Shown here: positions 1-14,949 of the stretch, piece by piece
Position numbering within the stretch: the stretch's first letter is position 1
Layout: each line of letters opens with the position of its first letter
NCBI GenBank assembly: GCA_048128005.1
Contig: JBEUKZ010000078.1
Span: 124,001-188,000, forward strand
DNA length: 64,000 bases
Source: Veleropilina oligotropha
Taxonomy: Eukaryota
Direction of reading: 5' to 3'
Notes under the pieces: model-generated
Told to the model about the DNA's origin: nothing
Seen by the model: the letters and a program-made list of their open reading frames with translations, nothing else
Database searches by the model: none
Translations under genes and position numbers: made by a program

Positions 1-1934
1 AAGACTATAGTTAAAGCAGAATAAGAGTTATAGCCGATGTAAAAAAGTGTGATTTTTTCAAAATTATTGAGAGATTCAGATGGCCGTAACTGCCTTGCTT
101 TTGTTCCGATAACATTTTCGATCGCAAACTTTTTTCTTCACATAGTGAAGACCATTATTTAGGAACATCGCGTACCTCACTTCAGCCGTTTGGCCGAAGA
201 AGATGGTATAAAAAGGTGCTTTTTTAAAGAAAAAACCTTAATTGCCGCTAAGCCAGTGGCGCCGCATAGCAGAACTTAAGTGCGAAACAACTTCAGTACC
301 ATAGCTACATGTTTACCAATTTTAGAGTTTTTGATTTAAGCGGTTTGGAAGTTATCACTGGTACAAACTCAGCCGGAATAATAAGAATAATAATTAAAGC
401 TGCAAGCAGCTGTTAGGGCTCCAATTCAGGGACCAGTGTACAGGCACTCGCAAACACAGCATCTACCCACACACCAAATTTCAGCTTTCTACCCGCCATA
501 TCATCGAATTAGGTCAATTACTGCCGAACCAGTGGCGCCACTTAGCTGAAAAGTTTACAGGCGCTTAATAAACACCATATCTACCTGCAAACCAAATTTC
601 AGCTTTCTACCCCAAAAATCTTCGAATTAGGTCAATTACTGCCGAACCAGTGGCGCCACCTAGCTGAAAAATGTACAGGCGCTTAATAAACACCATATCT
701 ACCTGCAAACCAAATTTCAGCTTCCTACCCCCAAAATCATGGAATTAGGTCAATTACTGCCGAACCAGTGGCGCCACCTAGCTGGAAAATGTACAGGCGC
801 TTAATAAACACCATATCTACCTGCAAACCAAATTTCAGCTTTCTACCCCCAAAATCATGGAATTAGGTCAATTACAGCTAACTGGGTCATCTGAGGTCAA
901 AGGTCATGGTCATTTTTGAAAGCTTACCCATGACTTCCCATAGGCTCCCCATTGTAACTATATGTCTAAGATGCACCGTTTACAAGATACAGCCCCTTGA
1001 AACAATTTCCATAATGGCGTCCGATTTCCGCCATCTTGGAAATGCGATGTCAAATACGTTCCCACTACCCATTGCACTCCATCCCCTGCGTTTGTCCGAG
1101 TTCGGCAATTTTTCGCTAATTAGGTCACTGAGGTCAAAGGTCAAGGTCATTTTCGAAAGTTTACCCATGACTTCCCATAAGCTCCCCATAGTAACTATAT
1201 GTCTAAGATGCACCGTTTACAAGATATAGCCCCTTTAAACATTTTCAGTAATGGCGTCCAAGTCAGCTGGTGGGAAAAAGGAGAGAAAATAAATAATAAT
1301 TAAAGCTGCCAAGCAGCTGTAGAGGGCTTCAAGCTGATCGCGTCCTATCGCTTGCAGCCATCTTTTTTTTTTTTTTTTTTTTTTAACTTTTAGATTTAAT
1401 TTTTAAATATTTTATTTTTTTTCCTTAGAATTTTATTAATATATACACTGAATCGAATGCCGCAAATTTCAGGTCTGTACGCCACGTAGGTCTCCAGTTC
1501 TGGCCTTTTTAAGGAAAATGTGGTAGCCATTTTTTTTTTTTTTCGAATTTTTTTATTATCCTAATTTAAAATATCTAAGCTCTAGCATCAATATTAACAG
1601 AGTTTGCCATTTCCTGACCATTTTCTGGCAAACATTATGTCTTTTTCTGGCGAAAATATGTCGTTTTCCTTAATTAGGTCATTTTCTGCAATGTAGGTCA
1701 ACTGAGGTCAAAGGTCAAGGGCACATGTGAAAGATCAACCATGACTTCCCATAGGGTCCCCATAGTAACTACGTGTCCACGGTGCATCCTTGTTGATATA
1801 TTGCCACTTCTAACAAATGCTTTAATGGCCGCCGAGGCACTTCCTGTTTTTTAATTTTATCTTGGAAATTTGGTAAATAGCAACTACGCACGTCAATAGG
1901 AGTTCATTTTAGCCACTATGGGCAAGCATATATG

Positions 1935-1939
<5 letters not shown>

Positions 1940-2020
<81 letters not shown>

Positions 2021-2038
2021 TATATATATATTAATATA

Positions 2039-2083
<45 letters not shown>
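1940..2083. repeat. (TA)n microsatellite
   Basis: Directly visible; continues at 2948-3097 on the other side of an inserted MITE. Confidence 0.95.
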
Positions 2084-3102
<1,019 letters not shown>

Positions 3103-3157
3103 CGTAAGTGCTCACACCCGTACGGACATACACATAATCAGTTAAATTTTATCTATT

Positions 3158-3281
3158 GGGGCCATTTTGACCTACTATTCACTGGGGGCCATTTTGACCG
3201 GGGCCATATTGACCGGGGCCATTTTGACCGGGGCCATATTGACCGGGGCCATTTTGACCGGGGCCATTTTGACCTACAACC
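3158..3281. repeat. 15-bp tandem repeat ggggccat(t/a)ttgacc (~6-7 copies), probable subterminal array of a DNA-transposon end
   Basis: Direct tandem copies ending in gacctacaacc; no partner end found in the window. Confidence 0.7.
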
Positions 3282-6200
3282 ATATTTTTGTCTGCCACAT
3301 GCTAAATTATCTGTAAATTAGCATACGTAGGTTTGATCATTAGATAACTGTTCTTTGACAAGATAATTTAATATATGAGTGTGTTTAATCACAATATATT
3401 TGTTCTTCTGAATGCACTTAGACCATTGCAATCGTATTATCTTATTAATATACCTTACACAATGTTAGCGTTTGCCTTAGTGATGGTTGAGCTTCATATT
3501 AATTTCAGGATATTAAATATTGGCACCGAGTCGGGTCCCCTTGTGTAAGTTGTCTATTGCTAGCAATATGATGTATCAATTATTATGTCGCAAATGCATT
3601 GTACTTATTAATGAGTATACAACGTTTGTCTGTGCAGTTGGTAAAATAGTAAATTATATGGAATCGCTTCTGAGTTCTCCAACGCCGTAGTGCACAAAAA
3701 TATACAGAAAATATACTTTACTATAACTTGTTTATATATAGTTGAGTTGAGTAGACAACTTTATTTCACGACCACTTTGGCAATTTTTCAGCCTTAAAGC
3801 AATCAGGTCACCCGGTTTAAGGTCTCAATCCGATGTGACCGACATACATTAGAGATAAATCATGACATAGGAACCCATAGGAAATATAATAAGATTATAT
3901 ACGCACACATATATAAGCGGATATAACTATTTTGACAATTACTTGCAATTATATTCTTTACCCTAGACCAGTGGAAACCGACCAGCGCTTGCCTCAAAGG
4001 TAGGTTGACCTTATAAACCTGCAGTGATATTACATAACCCTCTGAAGTCAGCTAGGCTGCCTGGCCAATATTTACACTGGACCCATTAACATCTCTGCCT
4101 CATGGAGATAAATTGTCATGACAGCCATAAATGGAATTGCTTCATGTACTTCGTGTGATAGGCTTATTAAGAGACATTTTCACTGATATAAATTGCTTGT
4201 AGGCTACAGCCTACAGGCCCTTTAAAATTACCTCCCTTTGACCACAAGGAACACCTATCAAGACCACTTTCAAAGTGTTGGGCTGTCTTTATTGACATTA
4301 CATCATAACGTCCAGGCAGCTGGGCGATTGTGTTTACTTAAAGGTTAGTCTTGTGCCAAGCCCTTGAGAGATGTTAGCATAAACATTTAACTGATCAATT
4401 AAACTAGAAATATTGATTTGCAATATTTAATAAGTTAATGTTGCGTATGATTGTCACTGTGGTTTGCAAGTGTTTAACGAGACGCAATTCTAATCACAAG
4501 CAAAAGATTTGCCTTGTATGCACAATTACATATACTTAAATAGACTTACATATGCTTGCATTGACCTTATATTCCCGTTTGCAAGGAGCGTACGTATAGA
4601 CTAAAACCTAGTTCTGTCTCCTTCCCTAGTTTTTACGACATACTAATTTCTTATATCTCTGCAGGCAGTGCCATGGCCACAGTTTATTGATACAAAGTAA
4701 TTAGGTGGCCATAATGTCAATACAAGACCATGGGGCTTTGTTGACACAGGGTAATAAATTACTTTAAGCCAGCCAGATATAGTCGCTACATAAAAAATAC
4801 ACTGTCTTTTTGCAGTATTACCAGTTCCAGCTATTCGAAAATATGCATATATATTATTTCCCCTAAGATGGCACTAGTGTTAAATTTACCACTTGATGGT
4901 CCCCGTACAACCTGAGTTATAGCAGTTACAAAATGATGTCAAAAAATGTCTATAGCTTTAAATTAACTTAAATAAGTGATAGCTTTTTTATATATTGCGT
5001 TAGATAAATTTGATGTGTTCATAATGAACTTTATTTCGTTTCAAATAATTAAATATTAAGGAAGATACGACTAATTGAAATTTTAAATTTCAAATGACTT
5101 TTGCTCTTAATATTTTCATACTAATATTTTTTGGTTTATTATACATTTATAAGAACATAACACAACGTTCCCACCTACGAAGTTTCATTGTGATCGGACA
5201 GACGATTGCAGAGAAAATGACGTTTGAAGTTTTTCAAACAATCCAAGATGGCGGCTTAACCACATCACGCAGAAATATCTTCTTTGTAGCAAAATTAACT
5301 TACAGAAAGCGTCTACCACTCAGCGAAGGTTGAAGACTATAGTTAAAGCAGAATAAGAGTTATAGCCGATGTAAAAATTGTAAAAAAATCAACTTTTTTG
5401 CAAGATTCAGACGCTCGTAGCTACCTTGTTGTTAGACCGATCAACTTGTTGTCTGCAAAGATACTTGGTGATGAAGCCTACATCACCTGTGGCAAGTTTC
5501 GTCTCGCTGGCTTTACTGCTTTCGGAGAAGAAGATTTTTTAAAAAGTGGTGTTTTTTTTACAAAACACATGATAACGACGAAACTATGCGACCTAGAGAC
5601 TAGGTTAAGGACGCGGCACAACTTCACTAATGCACCTATAAGCCTGCAAAATTTTATTGCTGTAGCTCTGGTAGTTTTTGAGTTATCGCTGTCACAAAAT
5701 CGTGGAGAAAATAATAAATCATAATAATAATAATAATTCGTAGAATAACAATAGGGCTTCAAGCCTGAAAGCTTGAAGCCCTAATTACAGGCACTCGCAA
5801 ACACAGCATCTACCCACACACCAAATTTCAGCTTTCTACCCGCCATATCATCGAATTAGGTCAATTACTGCCGAACCAGTGGCGCCACTTAGCTGAAAAG
5901 TTTACAGGCGCTTAATAAACACCATATCTACCAGCAAACCAAATTTCAGCTTCCTACCCCAAAAATCTTCGAATTAGGTCAATTACTGCCGAACCAGTGG
6001 CGCCACCTAGCTGAAAAGTGTACAGGCGCTTAATAAACACCATATCTACCTGCAAACCAAATTTCAGCTTTCTACCCCCAAAATCATGGAATTAGGTCAA
6101 TTACAGCTAACTGGGTCATCTGAGGTCAAAGGTCATGGTCATTTTTGAAAGCTTACCCATGACTTCCCATAGGCTCCCCATTGTAACTATATGTCTAAGA

Positions 6201-9200
6201 TGCACCGTTTACAAGATACAGCCCCTTGAAACAATTTCCATAATGGCGTCCGATTTCCGCCATCTTGGAAATGCGATGTCAAATACGTTCCCACTACCCA
6301 TTGCACTCCATCCCCTGCGTTTGTCCGAGTTCGGCAATTTTTCGCTAATTAGGTCACTGAGGTCAAAGGTCAAGGTCATTTTCGAAAGTTTACCCATGAC
6401 TTCCCATAAGCTCCCCATAGTAACTATATGTCTAAGATGCACCGTTTACAAGATATAGCCCCTTTAAACATTTTCAGTAACGGCGTCCAAGTCAGCTGGT
6501 GGGAAAAAGGAGAGAAAATAAATAATAATTACAGGCACTCGCAAACACAGCATCTACCCACACACCAAATTTCAGCTTTCTACCCGCCATATCATCGAAT
6601 TAGGTCAATTACTGCCGAACCAGTGGCGCCACTTAGCTGAAAAGTTTACAGGCGCTTAATAAACACCATATCTACCAGCAAACCAAATTTCAGCTTCCTA
6701 CCCCAAAAATCTTCGAATTAGGTCAATTACTGCCGAACCAGTGGCGCCACCTAGCTGAAAAGTGTACAGGCGCTTAATAAACACCATATCTACCTGCAAA
6801 CCAAATTTCAGCTTTCTACCCCCAAATTCATGGAATTAGGTCAATTACAGCTAACTGGGTCATCTGAGGTCAAAGGTCATGGTCATTTTTGAAAGCTTAC
6901 CCATGACTTCCCATAGGCTCCCCATTGTAACTATATGTCTAAGATGCACCGTTTACAAGATACAGCCCCTTGAAACAATTTCCATAATGGCGTCCGATTT
7001 CCGCCATCTTGGAAATGCGATGTCAAATACGTTCCCACTACCCATTGCACTCCACCCCCTGCGTTTGTCCGAGTTCGGCAATTTTTCGCTAATTAGGTCA
7101 CTGAGGTCAAAGGTCAAGGTCATTTTCGAAAGTTTACCCATGACTTCCCATAAGCTCCCCATAGTAACTATATGTCTAAGATGCACCGTTTACAAGATAT
7201 AGCCCCTTTAAACATTTTCAGTAATGGCGTCCAAGTCAGCTGGTGGGAAAAAGGAGAGAAAATAAATAATGATATCAGATAATTATAAATATATAGAACT
7301 GGTCACTGGGACCGAGTACATGCGTGTAGAGTCAATAAATCAGCATCATAAACTGCCTACACCAGGCAGCCTTTACGACATCTGCAAGACCAGATCATAA
7401 AATGCCACAACTTCATTCATGATAACATCATAAATGCTGTAATCGCCTTCCTAAGACTGTAGTAGGAATAAAAATATGTCTTATAAACATAAAAAATATT
7501 GATCATATGCATGCCAAAATTTCCAATTAAAATGATCTTAATACAGTATAGTTTCAGTGAAAATTTTACTTAAATCGGATAATGGTGACCGCTGAAATAA
7601 AAAAGTGTGATTTTTTTCAAAATTATTGAGAGATTCATATGGCCGTAACTGCCTTGCTTTTGTTCCGATAACATTTTCGCTTTCAAACATTTTTCTCCAC
7701 ATAGTGAAGATCATTATTTAGGAACATCGCGTACCTCACTTCAGCCGTTTGGCCGAAGAAGATGGTATAAAAAGGTGCTTTTTTAAAGAAAAAAACTTAA
7801 TTGCCGCTAAGCCAGTGGCGCCGCATAGCAGAAATTAAGTGTGATTCAACTTCAGTACCATAGCTACATGTTTACCATTTTTATAGTTTTTGCTTTAAGC
7901 GGTTTGGAAGTTATCACTGGTACAAAACTCAGACGGAATAATAAGGGTTTTATGACTGTTGTTGCCTGTGTCTTCTGTGATCAGTGGCTGTCCTTAATTG
8001 GCTCTTAATGAAACAAGACCATAAATGTCTGGGAGCGGGCAGATTTTATGACCTCTGCAACAGCTGGCTGTAATAGCCTTACTGATAATAAAACAGTTGT
8101 CTGATAAAGTCAGAGATATTGATGATATACATACCAAAATTTCCACATATCATGATCTTAATAAAGTATAATATCCCAGAAAATTTTAATTCATTATGAT
8201 GTTTACAAGTGACGTTATTGAGGTCTATAATATCAAAGATCATTGCTTAATAACTTCAAAAAAACTCATTTTAGTGATGTTTATTATTCATATTATATTT
8301 GATAACTTTGATATGAACCAATAAATTGTTTTGCGTTTCATATAGTTAAAAATTAAAGAAGTTAGAAAGTGAAAGTAGAAATTATGTGATTTCATAAATG
8401 GGTTGCTCTATCGGAAGTGAACCGCTCACCCCAGAAACCGGAAATTGCAAATAGTTATGTCTAAGGATCTATGCTACAACTTTGTCGCTGACAAGTGGGG
8501 TGTTACAGCCGACTTTGTTGGTCATTATTTGAATTAAGTCAAACAAGATATCCGCCAAACCCACCCGTACCACGTGACCGGAAGCACTAATCCCACGCAA
8601 TATAAATAGCTATACTAGTACTAGAGACCCTCACCAAATTTCAAACCGATCGCTTCAGCCGTTTCGGAGAAGAAGATTTTTTTAAAGTGAAGAAATTTCG
8701 AGCAAAATCCAAGATGGCGGCCAAACCACCGCCACCACCGAAAAAAAAAAATTCGCGTTTCAGCATCACCACTATATGCACCTATATACCAAATATGAAG
8801 CCTGTAGCTGTAGCCGTTATTGAGTTATCCTTGCCACAAAAATCGGCAGAATGTAGGTCACCTGAGGTCAAAGGTCAAGGTCATTTTCGAAAGCCCACCC
8901 ATGACTTCCCATAGGCTCCCCATAGTAACCATGGGTCTACGTTGCATCATTTCCAAGATATAGCCATTTTAAATTGATTTCACTATGGCCGGATCTTCAG
9001 ACGCACGCAGCGGCCTCCTTTTACGACCGATCGATTTTTCGCTCGCAATTTAACTTCCCCTTAGTACGCCAATCATATCTGGAAAGTCTTCCCTCGCTGT
9101 CATTGGCGGTTTTTGAGAAGAAGATTTGTTTAGAGTTTTAATATATTCAAAATGGCGGCCAAAACCACCGCCACCACCGACAAAAAAAAAATTATGTTTC

Positions 9201-12200
9201 AGCATCACCACTATATGCACCTATATACCAAATATGAAGCCTGTAGCTGTAGCCGTTATTGAGTTATCCTTGCCACAAAAATCGGCGGAATAATAATAAT
9301 AATTAAAGCTGCAAGCAGCTGTACAGGGCTTCAAGCTGATCGCGTCCTATCGCTTGCAGCCATTTTTTTTTTTTTTTTTTTTTTTTAACTTTTAAATTTA
9401 ATTTTTAAATATTTTAATTTTTTTCCTTAGAATTTTATTAATATATACACTGAATCGAATGCCGCAAATTTCAGGTCTGTACGCCACGTAGGTCTCCAGT
9501 TCTGGCCTTTTTAAGGAAAATGTGGTAGCCATTTTTTTTTTTTTTCGAATTTTTTTATTATCCTAATTTAAAATATCTAAGCTCTAGCATCACTATTAAC
9601 AGAGTTTGCCATTTCCTGACCATTTTCTGGCAAACGTCTTTTTCTGGCGGAAATATGTTGTTTTCCTTAATTAGGTCATTTCCTGCAATGTAGGTCAACT
9701 GAGGTCAAAGGTCAAGGTCACATGTGAAAGATCAACCATGACTTCCCATAGGGTCCCCATAGTAACTATGTGTCCACGGTGCATCCTTGTTGATATATTG
9801 CCACTTCTAACAAATGCTTTAATGGCCGCCGAGGCACTTCCTGTTTTTAATTTTATCTTGGAAATTTGGTAAATAGCGACTACGCACGTCAATAGGAGTT
9901 CATTTTAGCCACTATGGGCAGGCATATATGCATTTTTCCTTAAATAGGTCATTTTTCGCAATGTAGGTCAACTGAGGTCAAAGGTCAAGGTCACATTTGA
10001 AAGCCCAACCATGACTTCCCATAGGCTCCCCATAGTAACTATGTGTCCACGGCGCATCATTGTTGATATATTGCCACTTGAAATAAAAGCTTTAATGGCG
10101 GTCGAGCCACTTCCTGTTTTTCAATTTTATCTTGTAAATTTGGTAAATGTTGACTACACACGTCAATAGGAGTTCATTTCATGCACTATAGGCCCACATA
10201 TATGCATTTTTCCTTAATTAGGCCATTTCCTGCAATGTAGGTCAACTGAGGTCAAAGGTCAAGGTCAAATTTGAAAGCCCAACCATGACTTCCCATAGGC
10301 TCCCCATAGTAACCATGGGTCTACGGTGCATCATTTTCACGATATAGCCATTTTAAATTGATTTAAATTTTTAAATGCGCGCCGCAATCTTCAGACGCAC
10401 GCAGCGGCCTCCTTTTACGACCGATCGATTTGTCGCTTGCAATTTAACTTCCCCTTAGTACGTCAATCATATCTGGAAAGTCTTCCCTCGCTGTCATTGG
10501 CGGTTTTTGAGAAGAAGATTTTTTTAAAGTTTTAATATATTCAAAATGGCGGCCAAACCGCAATTCCTAGACAGTACGTTAAGGACGCGGCACAACTTCA
10601 CTAATGCACCTATAAGCCTGCAAAATTTTATTGCTGTAGCTCTGGCAGTTTTTGAGTTATCGCTGTCACAAAATCGTGGAGAAAATAATAAATCATAATT
10701 AAAGCTGCAAGCAGCTGTACAGGGCTTCAAGCTGATCGCGTCCTATCGCTTGCATTGCATCCATTTTTTTTTTTTTTTTTTTTTAACTTAAATTTAATTT
10801 TTAAATATGTTGATTTTTTTCCTTAGAATTTTATTAATATATACACTGAATCGAATGCCGCAAATTTCAGGTCTGTACGCCACGTAGGTCTCCAGTTCTG
10901 GCCTTTTTAAGGAAAATGTGGTAGCCATTTTTTTTTTTTCGAATTTTTTTATTATCCTAATTTAAAATATCTAAGCTCTAGCATCAATATTAACAGAGTT
11001 TGCCATTTCCTGACCATTTTCTGGCAAACATGTCTTTTTCTGGCGGAAATATGTCGTTTTCCTTAATTAGATCATTTCCTGCAATGTAGGTCAACTGAGG
11101 TCAAAGGTCAAGGTCACATGTGAAAGATCAACCATGACTTCCCATAGGGTCCCCATAGTAACTATGTGTCCACGGTGCATCCTTGGTGATATATTTCCAC
11201 TTCTAACAAATGCTTTAATGGCCGCCGAGGCACTTCCTGTTTTTAATTTTATCTTGGAAATTTGGTAAATAGCGACTACGCACGTCAATAGGAGTTCATT
11301 TTAGCCACTATGGGCAAGCATATATGCATTTTTCCTTAAATAGGTCATTTTTCGCAATGTAGGTCAACTGAGGTCAAAGGTCAAGGTCACATTTGAAAGC
11401 CCAACCATGACTTCCCATAGGCTCCCCATAGTAACTATGTGTCCACGGCGCATCATTGTTGATATATTGCCACTTGAAATAAAAGCTTTAATGGCGGTCG
11501 AGCCACTTCCTGTTTTTCAATTTTATCTTGTAAATTTGGTAAATGTTGACTACACACGTCAATAGGAGTTCATTTCATGCACTATAGGCCCACATATATG
11601 CATTTTTCCTTAATTAGGCCATTTCCTGAATAAGAGTTATGGCAAATTTAAAGAAAAATCGAAAATTTATAATTTATAATTTTTTGGGAACTTTTTAAAT
11701 TTTAAATTTGTTTTCCGTAAAATTTATTAATATATATATATACATATGGCCAATCTGAATCGAATGCCGCAAATTCAGGTCTGTACGCCACGTAGGTCTC
11801 GAGTTTTGGCCTTTTTAAGGAAAATGTGGTGGCCATTTTGTTTTGTTTTTCGAAATTTTTTATTATCCTAAATTAAAAGCTCTAACACCCACCAAATTTA
11901 AAAAAGATATGCCGACCGGTTTATGAGATACACTCTTGGGAAAGATAACATAAACGAATATACAACAAGGGAAATAACTCTGTTAATAATCACCGCACAA
12001 CATCAAAATTAATAAATGGCACTTGTTCACGAACTACGTAATACACCCAGCAAGTTTCGTAAAGCTATGTTGAGCTGTGTATGAGATATGCTCCGGAAAA
12101 GATAACATTAACGAATTTACAACAAGGGCAATAACTCTGTTAATATTCGTCGCACAACCTCGAAACTGGCAAAATGCACAATTTCACCAACTCAGTAGTT

Positions 12201-12949
12201 TACCCAGCATGTTTTGTAAAGATATATCAATTACAATACATACAGACGGACAGACATACAAACAGATGGACGGACGGACAGCCAGACTAGACGATGGCAA
12301 GATCCCTCCGATGGTAACCGGGGGATAAAAAGCTAGAGCTTATATAAGACATATGTTATAGCATGCAATTGTCTTAGTTACAGAATGTAAATACACAAAA
12401 AACCTTAACCTTCCGCACAGCGACTTCATGTTACATATATTACTTTCACAAGGCTTGATGTCATATTTAAGGTATATGCCAACTTTGAACTACACAAGGT
12501 TTACATCGATCAATTCGTTTTGTATATGATATTTAACATTTGTTAAAGCGACTACATGTAAATACGCAATAATGACATTGTTCTTTGGCTGTATCTTTAA
12601 ATTTTGTACAAGGCCTGATGATGCACAAATATGTTTAATAAATACAAATGGTGTTAGCCCAGTGGTTCAACCTCTGTGTAACATGGACCAGTCTTTCAAG
12701 AGACATAATGTAAATACTCAAAATTTAACTTGGCCTTGACCTAATCATTGAATGAGGCAGGCGCTTGCGGCTTATAATATATGAGTAGAATGTTGTTACG
12801 TGTGCCCAATTGCTAGAGAGACATTATATTTGGTAAGGTTCACATTGTATAAAAATACTATCAACATAATTATGAAGCGACCGCCTGAGGGTACGTTATG
12901 GTGTGGCGCGATTTACCATGTATGATTCCTATTATGCCTTTATATGTCT

Positions 12950-13192
12950 GTCATTAGCGCCAAGTGAACGTTATATCAGGCAACACTTCGGAAAAACGTT
13001 ATGTGGGACGTTAGGATGTGGGTTCAAGCCCGCTCCGGCCTGGCTTATTCTAAGACTTAAAACGAATAGATGGCATATCTTTAATGTATGTCGGCCAGAT
13101 CGGAGTGAGACCTTAATCCGGGTGTGCCGACCACGTTAAGGCTAATGAATTGCCATTTGAAGTGGTCGTAAAACCAAGTTCTCAACTGAACT
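12950..13192 (+). mobile_element. tRNA-derived SINE (family B); related copies at ~3741-3848 (-), ~39050-39240 (+), ~43655-43865 (-)
   Basis: B-box-like gggttcaagccc and a shared core cagatcggagtg(a/c)gaccttaa(t/a)cc(g/a)ggtgt..cgac...aattgcc in several copies. Confidence 0.6.
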
Positions 13193-13301
13193 ATATCAGG
13201 CAACATACATGGCAAACTTATTATGCAATTAATACAAGGAAGTTTCACCAATCACCAGTTACATATCTTGTTTACGGTAACATGGTGTGCATGCATGCAT
13301 A

Positions 13302-13432
13302 TGTATACATACATACATACATACATACATACATACATACATACATACATACATACATACATACATACATACATACATACATACATACATACATACATAC
13401 ATACATACATACATACATACATACATACATAC
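13302..13432. repeat. (TACA)n microsatellite
   Basis: Directly visible; explains the HTYI/MYVC ORFs. Confidence 0.95.
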
Positions 13433-13908
13433 CTGCATGCATGCAGGCATGGAAATAAATAATCTGAAATGTTCTAAAATATATTGTTGCAGAATGTTGA
13501 AGCATCTTACTTAATTATTATATTGCATCAACAACTAACTTGTTCACATATTTAAGAAATACAACATCATGATCTAAATAGCCAAAACTGATGTGCTAAT
13601 TAATGACAGTCTGGATAATTAATCTCTTATGACCACTCTGAAGACAGCCAGTAGAGAAACTAATCAGCACAGCACTGGTATCCATTATTTCCATTCAGAA
13701 CAGACTTAAGACACAACAGAGGAAGATATGTTAAAGAAATAGTTTATTTAACCTGTTATATCTGTTTATCAATTTGATAAACAGTATGAGCCATAAATAA
13801 CCATAAATTTAAAGAGTAATTTGAACATTATTCACCAATTCAATTCAATATCATTCATTTACATATACAGTTATACACACATGCATAAACATAACATCAC
13901 TATTCAAT

Positions 13909-14949
13909 TTAATTGCAATATTTTTGTAGGTACTGTTTGTACTCATTTTCGATTTTATCAATGTCTGTAGAAAACCATGTTCTTCCATTATTTGTAATTG
14001 CCATGTGGAAATCATGGCTGAAGACAAACTTTGGATGGATATCTTCTATGTCATCACGTGTTGGCCATTTAAAAGTGTGGTTGCCGGACTCCTTCATAAA
14101 TTTAATAGTGGCTAATTCATCATTATGAATTAACAGGACCTGCCCTATATAGTATTGCTGATCGTAATGGACAGCAACCCACTGTCCTTGGCATGTAAAT
14201 TTAAAATCTGATACTTCTTGGCTCTGTGCAGCTATACTTGCAGTAGAAGAATCTAATATGTTTGTCTCTGATCTTGGTGATGAATGGAAGTCATATACAC
14301 TGATGGTGTTGGCTTCAATATCATAATTTTTACTATCTGTTTGGATAATATTACTGGTCATGTCCATATCGACTTCAGCTTCAAAATGGTGGACACTATC
14401 AACTGAACTGCAAGCATTCGTTTCAGATGAAATGGAGGTGTCGTTATCCGCATTGCCTTCTTCTTGATCACAAATGTCCTCCTCTGGTGCCTCCAGTATA
14501 TCCGCATACACATTAACCTCATCATTTTCATCAGTACTGTCACCATCTTCCTCAATTTCGTCAATGTCAAAGATTCTATGCCTGCTGCTACTGCTTGGTA
14601 GAAAACTATCCATAAACTGAGGTGTCTTACTCGGTGTAAGCGCTTCAACCAGCAGGAAGGGCTCCACAACTGCATTATCACTGACTAGTGGGCAAAGAGA
14701 TTTATTTGGGAACTGCTTGTCCGTTGGCTTCTTTCTCAAACCAGCAGATTCATATAGGTAACATAGATCTTTGGTACCAAAGTAAACTGAAGATCTCTTG
14801 GTGACAACTTGCACAAAGACTTGGCAGTTTGTCATGACTGACAGATCTCGACATTTCTTCATAATTCCGAGACGTCTTTTGTATAAAGCTTTCTTTCGCT
14901 TTATCTTATCCTGAATATATCGCACTGACGTATTCCTTTTCTTGTCCAT
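13909..14949 (-). CDS. Divergent MADS-box (SRF-TF-like) protein with acidic linker and C-terminal Tudor/SH3-like module; single coding exon
   Basis: N-terminal SVRYIQDKIKRKKALYKRRLGIMKKCRDLSVMTNCQVFVQV aligns without gaps to the SRF MADS box (MEFIDNKLRRYTTFSKRKTGIMKKAYELSTLTGTQVLLLV). Long D/E-rich linker. C-terminal GQWVAVHYDQQYYIGQV...FKWPTRDD. The ORF track starts at 15009, but a minus-strand acceptor (..gcattgtag) at ~14984 favours MDKKR at 14949 as the start. Confidence 0.75.
   Translation of the reverse strand: MDKKRNTSVRYIQDKIKRKKALYKRRLGIMKKCRDLSVMTNCQVFVQVVTKRSSVYFGTKDLCYLYESAGLRKKPTDKQFPNKSLCPLVSDNAVVEPFLLVEALTPSKTPQFMDSFLPSSSSRHRIFDIDEIEEDGDSTDENDEVNVYADILEAPEEDICDQEEGNADNDTSISSETNACSSVDSVHHFEAEVDMDMTSNIIQTDSKNYDIEANTISVYDFHSSPRSETNILDSSTASIAAQSQEVSDFKFTCQGQWVAVHYDQQYYIGQVLLIHNDELATIKFMKESGNHTFKWPTRDDIEDIHPKFVFSHDFHMAITNNGRTWFSTDIDKIENEYKQYLQKYCN

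Noticed and set aside
440..860. Regularly spaced ~120-bp repeats as a possible CRISPR array
   Set aside because: Whole units are near-identical with no unique spacers, there are no cas genes, and the context is eukaryotic.
13150..13514. HTYI/MYVC ORFs
   Set aside because: Translations of (TACA)n.
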